A stretch of 63,690 nt of DNA, filler included, from Chiloscyllium plagiosum (taxonomy: Eukaryota): assembly GCF_004010195.1 (NCBI RefSeq). It is 4 parts of 2 records of this genome, joined end to end, with 100 filler letters (N's around TTAATTAATTAA, not from the genome) between each part and the next. Parts side by side here need not be neighbours in the genome. Positions count along the whole stretch, not along the records: positions 44,382 to 59,897 come from NC_057711.1; positions 59,998 to 63,690 come from NC_057712.1; 2 more parts are not named here. The stretch is one strand, 5' to 3'. Below, one piece after another: positions 52,421 through 63,690 of the stretch. The translations under genes and the position numbers were made by a program. Below the pieces are notes generated by a model. That model saw only the letters and a list, made by a program, of their open reading frames with translations. It searched no databases and had not been told where the DNA came from. Positions within the stretch are counted from its first letter, which is position 1. Each line of letters starts with the position of its first letter.

Positions 52421-52777
52421 GAGAACGTGGACAAGTGATGGCTTGATAGGATTTTCCTAACTTACCTTCCAAACATTAAGTCTGCTGGTGACAGTAATCC
52501 TGTATTGGAACATCAGAACAAGAGTAGGCCAATCATCCCCGCAAGCTTGTTCCACCATTTAATGATCTTGGCTGCTCTGTGCTCATGGTCTTTTGGCCAT
52601 ATCGCTTAATACGTTTGCTTAACGAAAACTTATCAGTCTCAAACTTAAATTTAATAACTGATGTCACATCCATTGCTGTTTGTGGAACAGAGTTCCAAAC
52701 ATCTACATCTGAGATAATGAGAGTTCAGGGACAGCATGTTCTGTTAGTGTGAAGGGCAAGGCTGGCAGAAGAAGGGA

Positions 52778-55700
52778 ACATAGAACATAGAACATAGAAC
52801 ATTGAATAGAACAATACAGCGCAGAACACGCCCTTCGGCCCTCGATGTTGCGCCAACCTGTGAACTAATCTAAGCCCATCCCCCTACACTATCCCATCAT
52901 CATCCATGTGCTTATCTAAGGATTGTTTAAATCTCCCTAATGTGGCTGAGTTAGCTACAGTGGCAGGCACGGCATTCCACACCCTTACCACTCTCTGAGT
53001 AAAGAACCTGCCTCTAACATCTGTCTTAAATCTATCACCCCTCAGTTTGCAGCTATGCCCCCTCGTATGAGCAAATGTTATCATCCTAGGAAAAAAACTT
53101 TCACTGTCTACCCTATCTAATCATCTTATATGTCTCTATCAAATCCCCTCTTAGCCTTCTTCTTTCCAACGAGAACAGACCCAAGTCTCTCAGCCTTTCC
53201 TCATAAGATGTTCCCTCCAGACCAGGCAACATCCTGGTAAGTTTCCTCTGCACCTTTTCCAATGCTTCCACAACCTTCCTGTAATGGGGTGACCAGAACT
53301 GTACACAATATTCCAAATGAGGCCGCACCAGCATTTTGTACAGTTGCAGCATGACATTACAGCTCCGGAACTCAATCCCTCCACCAATAAAACCTAACAC
53401 ACCATATGCCTTCTTAACAGCACTATCAACCAGGGATCTATGTACATGGACTCCAAGATCTCTCTGCACATCCACGCTAGCAAGAATCTTTCCATTGACC
53501 TAGTATTCTACCTTCCTATTATTCTTCCTAAAGTGAATCACCTCACATTTATCTGCATTGAACTCCATTTGCCATCTCTTCAGCCCAATTCTGCAGTTTA
53601 TCCAAGTCCCCCTGCAACCTGCAACATTCTTCCAAACTGTCCACCACTCCACTAACCTTAGTGTCATCTGCAAACTTATTAACCCATCCACCTATGCCTG
53701 CATCCAGGTCATTTATAAAAATGACTAACAGCAATGGTCCCAAAACAGATCCTGGTTGCACACCACTAGTAACCATACTCCAGGCTGAATATTTTCCATC
53801 AACCACCACTCACTGCCTTCTTACAGAAAGCTAGTTTCTAATCCAAACTGCTAAATCATCCTCAATTCCATGCCTCTGCATTTTCTCCAACAGCCTACCA
53901 TGTGGAACCTTATCAAAAGCCTTATTGAAGTCCATGTTCACCACGTCAACTGCCCTCCCCTCATCCATATGTTTGGTCACCTTCTCAAAAATCTCTATGA
54001 GGTTTGTGAGACATGACCTCCCCTTGACAAAACCATGTCGGACCATCTGCAATCAAATTGTTGCTTGCTACTTGATTAGAAATCCTATCTCTTATAATCC
54101 TTTCCAAAACCTTTCCTACAACACACATAAGGCTCACTGGTCTATAATTACCTGGGTCATCTCTACTGCCCTTCTTGAACAAGGGCACAACATTTGCAAT
54201 CCTCCAGTCCTCTGGTACTAAACCTGTAGACAATGACGACGCAAAGATCAAAACCAAAGTCTCCAACCCTCCTTCCTAGCTACCCAGAGAATCCTTGGAT
54301 AAATCCCATCTGGCCCAAAGCACTTGTCTAATTTCATTCCTTCTATAATTGATAATACCTCCTCCTTACTAACCTCAATCCTTTCTAGTCTGATATCTCG
54401 TATCTCATTCTTCTCCTCTACAATATTCTCCTTTTCCTGAGTGAAAACCAATGAGAAATATTTGTTTAGCACCTGTCTGATTTCACAGGGTCCACACATA
54501 ACTTCCCACTTCTGTCTTTGACTGGCCCTATTCCTACCCTAATCATCCTTTTATTCCTCACATACCTATAGAAGGCTTTAGAGTTCTCCTTTATTCTAAA
54601 GACTGCTCATGTCCTCTCGTTGCTCTTCTTAATTCTCTCTTTAAATCTTTCCTAGCTACTGTGTAACTCTCCATCGCCTCACTTGAACCATCTCGTCTCA
54701 TTGTCACATAAGCCTCTTTCTTCCACTTAATAGGAGATACAATTTCTATTGTAAACCATGGTTCCCTTACCTTATCATTTCCTTCCTGCCAGCACATTCC
54801 TGTGACCATGAAATCTTATCCATGCCCTCCCTACTCTCATCCTCCTGTGTACTGGAAGTACACCGCAGGTTATCATCCCCCTGCTGAGCTCATTTAAACC
54901 CACCTGTATAGCACCAGGAAATTTCCCACGCGGGATATTAGTGCACCTCTGGTTCAAGTGAAGATTGTCCTGTTTGTAGAGGTCCCACCTTCCCCAGAAT
55001 AAGCCCCAATTCTCCATGTGCCTGAAACCCTCCCTCCTGCACCATCCTTGCAGCCATGTGTTTAGGTGATATCTCTCCCTATCTCTTGCATCGCTATCAC
55101 ATGGCACGGGTAACAAACCAGAGATAACAACTCTGTTTGTTCTAGCTCTCAGCTTCCACGCTAGCTCCCTGAAATCCTGCCTTACACCCCCATCCCTCTT
55201 TCTACCTATGTTGTTGGTACCTATGTGGACCACGACTTGGAGCTGGTCACTCTCTCCCTTCAGGACCCCAAGGATATGATCCAAAACATTATGGACACTG
55301 GCACCTGAGAGGTAACACGTTCATTCATGAGACGCATTCATTCCGAACAAACCTTCTATCTGAGCCTCTAATTATCGAGTCCCCAGTGACTAACACTCTC
55401 CTCCTTTCCCTCCTTCCCTTCTGTGCCAGAGACCTGCACCCACTGCATGCCCCTGGTAAGTCACTCCCCCCCCCCCAAACAGTATCCAAAACGGTATACT
55501 TGTTTTTCAGGGGAATGACCACAGGGGATCCCTACACTGACTGTATTTTCCTCTGCCTCCCTAATGATCCGAAGTTCATCCAGTTCCTGCTCCAGTTCCC
55601 TAAAGCTGTCTTGGAGGCATGAGAGTTGGGTGCATATCCTGCAGATGTACTTGGATGGGACACTAATGGCGTCCCCCACCTCAAACATCATGCAGAAGGA

Positions 55701-56007
55701 ACATTCCTCTTCCTGCACCACCATCCCTGCTAGTCCCCTTATCAGAAAGTAAAAAAGAGAAGCTTACCTGATGTGTCCCTGCTGTTTAAGGTAAGAGGAG
55801 GCGTTTGGGTGGGAGGCCCTACAAAGGTAGAGTCTTAGGTTTAGAAAACACTCACTTATATAATTGAGGGGAAAAAAGTTCCTCCTTTCCCAGAATCCAC
55901 TGCTCTCCCATGTCAGATGTAAAGACTCAAATCAGTAACTCACCACTCCTGCCTTTCGTGCTGCTGCTGAAAAACAAAAAAATCAGAACAGAGAAAACAA
56001 AAAAACA
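52778..56007 (-). mobile_element. 5'-complete CR1 with internal deletion of the endonuclease
   Basis: 5' UTR; ORF1 with CxxC...CxxC and coiled coil (55461-55724), GDSII, HIGTN and DNLHLN. Jumps at ~54780 directly to post-endonuclease ORF2, RT and (tagaaca)n tail. gaaca on both flanks. Confidence 0.92.
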
Positions 56008-56806
56008 GAACACTGGATGCCAAGAAATATTGAGGCTCTGGTCAAGAAAAAGGAGACATGTGTCAGGTATAGAGAGCTGAAATTGAGTGAATCCCTTGAG
56101 GCGTATAGGGGTACAGGAGTACATTTAAGAAGGAAATCAGGAGGGCAAAAAGGGGACATGCGTTAACTTTGGCAAGTAAGGTTAAGGAGAATCCAAAGAG
56201 ATTCTACAAGTACATTAAGGGAAAAAAAGTAACTAGGGACAGAATAAGGCCACTTAAAGATCAATGAAGTCATCCATGTGTGAAACCACAGGAAATGGGT
56301 GAGATACTAAATGAATATTTCTTTTCAGTATTTAATGTGGAGAATGATATGGAAGCTAGAGACCTTGGGAAGTAAGTAGTGATGTCTTAAAAACAGTCCA
56401 CATTACTAAAGAGGTGGTGCCAGAGGAATTAAAATGCATAAAGGTAGATAACTCCCAGGGATCTGATAACCCAGGATGTTGTGGGAAGCTAGAGATGAAA
56501 TTGCGGGGCTCCTTGCAGAGATATTGTATCATCAATAGCCACAGGTTAGGGTTGCAAGACTGGAAGGTGGCTAATGTTATGCCATTATTTAAGAAAGACT
56601 ACAAGAAAAAAAACAGGGAACTATAGACTGATAAGCCTAATGTCATTGATGGATAAGTTATTGGAGAGGATTCTGGAAGACAGGATCTACATGCATTTAG
56701 AATGTTAAGGACTGATTAGGAATAGTCAGCATGGTTTTGAGCATGGAAACGTGTCTCACAAATTTATTGAGATGTTTTTGAAAACTTGACCAAGAAGACA
56801 GATGAA
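56008..56806 (+). mobile_element. Decayed CR1 ORF2; its upstream part lies at 52711-52780
   Basis: KGKAGRRRE (52750-52780) continues as HWMPRNIEALVKKK; DWKVANVMPLFKK; QHGF. Confidence 0.88.
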
Positions 56807-57249
56807 GGCAGAGTTCTTTTTTCTTCTCTTTTGTATTTTATTCCTTCTTCTCTCTTCTTTCTCCTCTTGGCCATATACAGCTAACCTCAGACTCAGCCCA
56901 GACCCAGTGAAGTGGCCTCCTGGTCTGTCGGGGGTACCACTTGGCCTGGCATGGCAGCATCCAGTCTGGTGCAGTGGCCTCCTGGCACAGCCCAACATGG
57001 TGGTCTCTTGGCGTGGCATTGTGGTTTTTCACCTAGCGTGGTGGACTCTTGGCCCATGTGGTGATCTTTCAGCGGTACATGGCAGTCTCTTGGACCAGTG
57101 TGGCCTCAGCATGGACTTCTGGTCTCAAGATGATTCCTTGAGATGATGCCTCAAAGTGCAGTCCCTCCATGGCTAAGCATTTAAGAAAAACTATAATGTT
57201 TGAACTTTCACCTTTATTTCTTTATTTTCTACTTAAAACTAAAAAGGTC

Positions 57250-58040
57250 TCAAGAAGGTGACAAAACAGGTGGATGAAGGTAAGGCGGTTGATGTGGTGC
57301 ATGTGGACTTCAGTAAGACATTTGATAAGGTTCCACACGATAGGCTATTGCACAAAATACAGAGTTTCAGGATTGAGGGTGATTTAGCGGTTTGGACCAG
57401 AAATTGGCTCGCTGAAAGAAGACAGAGGGTGGTAGTTGATGGGAAATGTTCATCCTGGAGCTCAGTTACCAGTGGTGTGCTGCAAGGATCTGCTTTGGGG
57501 CCACTGCTGTTTGTCATTTTTATACATAATCTGGAGGTGGGCGAAGAAGGATGAGTTAGAAGAATGTTGTGGGTTACAGAGGGACATAGATAAGTTGCAG
57601 AGCTGGGCTGAGAAGTGGCAAATGGAGTTTAATGTGGAAAAGTGTGAGGTAGTTCACTTTGGAAGAAGTAACAGGAATGCAGAGTACTGGGCTAATGGTA
57701 AGATTCTTGGTAGTGTAGATGAACAGAGATCTCGGTGTCCAGGTGCATAATTCCCTGAAAGTTGCCACCCAGGTTGATAGGGTTATTAAGAAGGCATATG
57801 GTGTGTTGGCATTTATTGGTAGTTGGATTGATTTTTGGAGCCGCGAGGTCATGCTTCAGCTGTACAAGACAGTGGTAAGGCTGCACCTGGAGTATTGCAT
57901 GCAGTTCTGGTCACCGGATTATAGGAAAGATGTGGAAGCTTTAGAAAGGGTTCAAAGGACATGAGGATGTTGCCTGGTATGGGAGAAAGGTCTTACGAGG
58001 AAAGGTTGAGGGAACTGAGGTTGTTTTCGTTAGAGAGAAG
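57250..58040 (+). mobile_element. CR1 RT fragment
   Basis: [33 protein letters not shown] region deleted. Confidence 0.92.
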
Positions 58041-58371
58041 AACATAGAACATAGAACATAGAAGAATACAGCGCAGTACAGGCCCTTGGGCCCTCGATGT
58101 TGCGCCGATCCAAGCCCACCTAAACTACACTAACCCACTATCCTCCATATACCTATCCAATGCCCTCTTAAATGCCCATAAAGAGGGAGAGTCCACCACT
58201 GTTACTGGCAGGGCATTCCATGAACTAACGACTCGCTGAGTGAAGAACCTACCCCTAACATCAGTCCTATATCTACCCCCCCTTAATTTAAAGCTATGCC
58301 CCCTTGTAATACCCGACTCAATACGCGGGAAAAGGTTCATACTGTCGACCCTATCTAACCCCCTAACCATC
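58039..58371 (-). mobile_element. CR1 3' end, antisense
   Basis: TRGHSFKLRGGRYRTDVRGRFFTQRVV; (catagaa)n tail. Confidence 0.92.
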
Positions 58372-58419
58372 CCAAGTTGTCTTTGAGAACGTAGGGGTAA
58401 GCTGCCTTCTTGAACTACA

Positions 58420-58605
58420 TTAAAAGTCGCACAACACCAGGTTATAGTCAAAGAGGTTTATTTGGAAGCATTAGCTTTTGGAGCGCTGCTCCTTCATTAG
58501 GTAGCTCATCAGGAGCAATGCTCTAAAAGCGAGTACTTCCAAATAAACCTGTTGGACTATAACCTGGTGCTGTGTGATTTTTAACTTTGTCCAACCAGTC
58601 TGGAC
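58420..58605 (+). mobile_element. Penelope-like family 2 fold-back element, decayed
   Basis: Arms acaacaccaggttatagtc...tttatttggaag and cttccaaataaacctgttggactataacctggtg. Degenerate hammerhead ctaatga-a-ggag-cagcg-ctcc-aaaa-gc-ta on minus at 58472-58500. Confidence 0.75.
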
Positions 58606-59096
58606 TTGTTAAATACATATTAAACAGGTCTGCTAAACTTATTGTCAAAACAGTACTTCCATGAAACTGCATGAATGAATGAAACTCACACTAGCAAATA
58701 GTAAACAAATCACATGAGCCAGCTGCAGTAATCAGTTTAATATCCATTATTCTTCTATTACATCAATATACAATTTCTGACTTATTTAGAGCATATAGAA
58801 CGAGTATTTTTACTAACATTGAAAAGATAAAAGGACTACCACCTCTTAATTATGCAAGCTCAGACCCGCCAGACAATCTAATACCATCAGAAGTGACAAC
58901 CACTATTTAACAAATGTTAAACCATCTCCTGTTTCCCCAAGATAGAAGTCATGTGACCCTTTGTGTACAACAGATAAAACAATGCATCATCATAGTGATA
59001 GAATTTTCATGTACATAAGAATAGGCCACTATAATAACTTTACTTCAGGATTCCATTGTTGCCTTGAACTGTATTATGGTGGTTGCTGAATAAAGT

Positions 59097-59727
59097 TGAG
59101 AGTGTGGTGCTGGTAAAGTACAGCAAGTCAGGCAGCATCTGAGGAGCAGGAGAATTGATGTTTTGGTTAAGAGCCTTTCATCAGGAATGAGGCTTGTGAG
59201 CTGAGGGGATGGAGAGATAAATGGGAGGGAATGTAGCCGAGAGTGCAATAGGTAGATGGAGGTAAGGGTAATGGTGATAGGTCGGAGAGGAAGGTGGAGT
59301 GGATAGGTGGGAAGGAAGATGGACAGGTAGGACAGGTAATGAGGGTGGTGCCGAGTTGGGAAGGTTGGAACTGGATTAAAGTGGTGTGAGAGGAAATAAG
59401 GAAACTGGTGAAACCCACATTGATGCCATGTGGTTGGAGGGTCCTGAGGCGGAAGATGAGGCGTTCTTCCTCCAGGCGTTGGGTGGTAAGTGAGTGGTGA
59501 TGGTGGGGGCCCAGGACCTGCATGTCCTTGGCGGAGCAGCAGGCAGAGTTGAAATGTTCGGCTATGGGGCGGTAGGATTGATTGGAGCATGTGTCCAGGA
59601 GATGTTCAATAAAGCGCTCTGCAAATAGGCGTCCTCTCTCCCCAATGTAGGGGAGACCGTATCGGGAGCAACGGATACAGTGAATGACGTGGAAATGCAG
59701 ATAAAACTTGCACAGAATTCCCTTCAT
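59097..59727 (-). mobile_element. Neptune-like PLE 3' part with GIY-YIG endonuclease
   Basis: ORF 59167-59727: HVIHCIRCSRYGLPYIGERGR...EHL...AEHFN...EEERLIFRLRTLQPHGIN. Degenerate hammerhead at 59157-59184. Confidence 0.92.
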
Positions 59728-59897
59728 GTGGTGGGGAGGTTCAGAGAAGATTCATGAGAATGGTCCCAGGGTGAAAATTTGAACATATGAGGACCGTTTT
59801 CGGACTTTGAGTTTATTCTTGATGGAGCTTAGAAGGTTGAGGGGAAGGTTAAGGGAACACTTAGAATATTGAATGACCTGGACACAGTAGATGTTGG

Positions 59898-59997
59898 NNN
59901 NNNNNNNNNNNNNNNNNNNNNNNNNNNNNNNNNNNNNNNNNTTAATTAATTAANNNNNNNNNNNNNNNNNNNNNNNNNNNNNNNNNNNNNNNNNNNN
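59898..59997. other. Artificial contig linker
   Basis: 44 N + TTAATTAATTAA + 44 N. Confidence 0.97.
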
Positions 59998-61093
59998 ATC
60001 ACCAAACTGCTCTCCCACCACAAGATCTGATACCTGCCCCGGCTCGTTTCCAAGCACCAAGTCTAGAATGGCCTCTCCCCTCGTCGGCCTGTCAACGTAC
60101 TGAATTAGGAAACCCTCCTGAACACACCTTACAAAAACAGCTCCATTCAAATCTTCTGCTCAAAGGAGGTTCCAATCAATGTTGGGAAAGTTAAAGTCAC
60201 CCATTACAACAACCCTACTACATCCACACTTTTCCAAAATCTGCCGACCTATGCTTTCTTCCATCTCCCTGCTGCTATTGGGGGACCTGTAGTAAACCCC
60301 TAATGAGGTGACTGCTCCCTGCTGTTCCTAATTTCCACCCATAAAGATCTTCCTCGACAATGGAAGCTTCTGTAGCTGTGATACCCTCTCTGATTAGTAG
60401 TGCTACACCCCCTCCTCTTTTTCCCTCCTCCCTATTCTTTTTAAATGCTCTAAACCCTGGAACATCCAGCAACCATTCCTGCCCCTGAGAAACCCATGTC
60501 TCTGTTATGGCCACAACATCATAGCACCAGGTACTGATCCATGCTCTAAGTTAATCACTTTTATTCCTAATACTCCTTGCGTTAAAGCAAACACACTTTA
60601 ACTGATCCCTTGGTTCCTTCCCAGGAAAATCCTTCCCACTAGCTGGCCTACCTCTTGCTATTGCTTCACCTGCATCAACTCTCACCTCCGGTATACAGCT
60701 CAGGTTCCCACCCCCCTGCCATACTAGTTTAAACCCTCTCGAACTACTCGAGCAAACCTTCCACCCAGGACATTGGTCCCCTTCCAGTTCAGATGCAACC
60801 CGTCCTTCTTGTACAGGTCCCACCTTCTCCAGAAGGCATCCCAATTATCTACATATCTGAAGCCCTCCCTCCTACACCAGCTGCGCAGCCACGTGTTAAG
60901 CTGCGCCTGCTCCCTGTTCCTCGCCTCGCTATCTCGAGGCACAGGTAGTAAACCCGAGAACACTACTCTGTTTCGTCCTGCTCTGCAGCTTCCATCCTAA
61001 CTCCCTGAAATCACTTTTTATATCCTCGATCCTTTTCCTGGCTATGTCATTAGTGCCACGATTTCTGGCTGTTCGCCCTCCCCTTTTAGAACT
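59998..61093 (-). mobile_element. CR1 ORF1 esterase C-terminus and AP endonuclease
   Basis: SGLLPVP...DGLHLN; FNARSIRNK, AITETW, RGGGVAL and PTRGEAILDLVL. Confidence 0.93.
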
Positions 61094-61905
61094 CTTGCAC
61101 AAAAAGCAATTTGTGTGAGATTAATAGTTTTTAAATAGAGTTTGATAGATTCTTGTTAATTAAGGTTATTAATAGATATGGAGCAAAGGCAGGCACATGG
61201 AATAAGCCCACAGTTCAGCCAAGGCCTCCCTGGTGGTACATGTACAAGGAGCTAAATGGCTTGATCTGTCATTATGTTTCCATATTTCTAAATTAGTTGT
61301 TGATGGAAAAACATCATACTTATGGAATATATATTTATTGCTATACACATGCTCTAATGTAGACTTCTGATCTAGAACCTTATTTATTGCTTTATAGTTT
61401 AATTTTGCTTGAATCCATCACAAGAAGAGTTTTTCCTAATCTCAAAATTAAACACCCCAAAACTTGCAAACAAAGCAATATTAATCTACCATACATAATC
61501 CATGTAAATATCAAATCTATGAGACACACTTTTTAAACAAAATGTTAAGTAGTTAACTTTTACAGAGTAATGTTTCAACAGCTCGCTTTCAGATTGAACA
61601 TATCTGCCTAGTGAAACCTAACATGGCTGTCAAAAGAATTCCCAAGATAATGGGAGAAATGGCATCTATTTCAGCCATTTATTATTCCTCTTTTTTTAAA
61701 TTAAGGAGCCTCCATTAATTCACAGAGCATAAGAGAGGAAATAACAGCCTCGGCTGTCCAGATGTCAAGGAAAGAGCGGTGTCATTGAAAAATATCTTGT
61801 TGATTGCTCGCAGCTCTTGACCTACAGTTACATGGTTTGCATGGAAGAGGTATTTTCCAGCCCTCTATTGGCAAAGCCTGAGCCTCCATTATCAAGGGCA
61901 ATGGT

Positions 61906-62900
61906 TATAGAGTCATAGAGTCCTACAGCACGGAGACAGGTCCTTTGGCTGACAAAATTGTCCACCTGTGCTAACCCCATTTCCTTGCACTTGACTCATT
62001 CTTTCCTATCCATGTATTTGTCCAAACGTATTTCAAATGTTGATAAAGTACCTGCCTCAACAACTTCCAACAGCAACTCATTCCACATGCGTACCACCTT
62101 CTATGTAAAAGAATAGCCCCTCAGGTTCCCTTTTATTCTTTGCCCTCTAACCTTAAACTGATGCCCTCTAGTCTTCAATTCCCCATCCCTGGGAAAAAGA
62201 CTGAGTGCATTCACTGTATCCATTCCTCTCATGATCTTATACACTTCTATAAGATCACCTCCCCCCCCAATCTCCTATACTCTAAAGAAAAAAGTCCGGG
62301 CTTGTCCAACCTCTCCCCATAACTCAGATGGTTGAGTCCTGGCAACATCCTTGTAAATGTCTTCTGCACTCTTTCCAGTTTAATAACATCCTTCCTATAA
62401 CAAGGTGACAAAAACTGAATACAAAACTCCAAATGCGGCCTCACCATCGTCCTGTACAACTGCAACATACCTTCACAACTTCTGTACTCAATGCCCTGAT
62501 TCATGAAGGCCAGTGTGCCAAAAGCCTTCTTCACTGCCCTGTCTCCCTGTGACTCCACTTTCAAAGAACTGTGCACCTGAACTCAAAGGTTCCTCAATTC
62601 CACTATTCTTCTTAAGGCTCTACCATTCATCATGAAACTCCTACCTTAATTTGACTTTCCAAAATGCAAGACCTCACGCGTATCTATATTAAGCTCCATT
62701 TGCCATTTCTCAGCCCACTTCCCCAGCTGATCAAGGTCCTGCTGCAATTTCTGAAAACTTTCCTTACTGTCCACAATACCACCTATTTTAATGTGATCTG
62801 CAAACTTACTAATTGTGCCTTGCACATTCTCATCCAAATCATTGATATAGATAACAATCAGCGATGGGACCAGCACAGACCCCCTCAGGCACTCCACTAG
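61906..62900 (-). mobile_element. 5'-truncated CR1
   Basis: SKFADH, KWQMELN, VRPHLEFCIQF; (tcatagag) tail. Confidence 0.9.
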
Positions 62901-62961
62901 GGAGAAGACATATATTCAAATAGTGTTGTGGAAGTTGGGCCTTACACCCTGCTTCAATGTG

Positions 62962-63168
62962 GAGAAAGTGAGGTCTGCAGATGCTGGAGATCAGAGCTGA
63001 AAATGTGTTGCTGGAAAAGCGCAGCAGGTCAGGCAGCATCCAGGGAACAGGAGAATCGATGTTTCGGGCTTAAGCCCTTCTTCAGGAAGGGCTTATGCCC
63101 GAAACGTCAATTCTCCTGTTCCCTGGATGCTGCCTGACCTGCTGCGCTTTTCCAGCAACACATTTTCA
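62962..63168 (-). mobile_element. Penelope-like family 1 short fold-back element
   Basis: 16-bp TSD accctgcttcaatgtg (62946-62961 / 63169-63184). Arms join inside the hammerhead (cttcaggaagggc). Confidence 0.92.
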
Positions 63169-63292
63169 ACCCTGCTTCAATGTGCTCTGTTCGTTACTCC
63201 TCTATACAATCTTATTTTGATTTTTTGTGGGTGAAAATAGAGTCATAGAGATGTATACCACAGAAACAGACCCTTCAGTCCAACTTGTCCAC

Positions 63293-63690
63293 ATCACTCT
63301 CTCAGCGGAGCAGGTAAGGGCTGTTTGGCAGTGGCTGCTTGAAGGCTCGGTGACGTTTGTTTAACGGTTTAAATTTGAAAGTTTTTTTTTAAAAAAAGCG
63401 CGGAGCAGACCCGGAAGCTGGCATAGCGCAAGCTTACCTGGGTAGGTTTATTTTCCCTATAAAAGTATCCGTTTTGGATACTTGTGGGGGGGGAATGACT
63501 TACCAGGGGTAAGTAATGGGGCTCAGGCCTCTGGCACGGAGCCTGTCCCCGTTGCTCAGAAGGGAAGGGTGGAGAAGAGCAGAGCAATAGTAATTGGGGA
63601 CTCGATAGTTCGGGGCACAGATAGGCGGTTTTGTGGGGGCGAGAGAGACTCACGTTTGGTATGTTGCCTCCCAGGTGCAAGGGTACGTGA
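63293..63690 (+). mobile_element. CR1 5' UTR and start of ORF1 esterase, runs off window end
   Basis: RAIVIGDSIVRGTDRRFCGGERDSRLVCCLPGARVR. Preceded by a minus-strand CR1 tail fragment at 63237-63291. Confidence 0.88.

Noticed and set aside
54775..55284. Host or horizontally acquired GDSL lipase
   Set aside because: An SGNH esterase is a known ORF1 domain of CR1-clade LINEs and occurs here in several decayed copies.
19527..59997. TTAATTAATTAA palindromes inside N runs, and apparent adjacency across them
   Set aside because: Identical synthetic six-frame-stop linkers. Neighbouring segments need not be linked in the genome.

Overview
Repeat-dominated, non-coding vertebrate DNA, by inference from a shark or ray (HE1-type V-SINEs, HER1/CR1 LINEs, a Deu-domain SINE). 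No intact host gene could be supported. The window is an artificial join of four pieces separated by three 100-nt N/TTAATTAATTAA linkers, and it also has two plain N gaps. It contains many decayed CR1 LINE copies (RT, AP endonuclease and SGNH-esterase ORF1 parts), SINEs, a pogo/Tigger-type MITE, a hAT MITE and decayed Harbinger transposase remnants. The most interesting signal is a set of Penelope-like elements (PLEs) from 3-4 families. They carry minimal type-I hammerhead ribozyme cores (CUGANGA-stem II-GAAA-NN-UH with a palindromic ACGU/AGCU stem III). Many copies are short fold-back palindromes with 14-16 bp target-site duplications (TSDs) and a nearly constant ~35-nt unpaired 3' tail, and their inversion points cluster at the 5' edge of the ribozyme.
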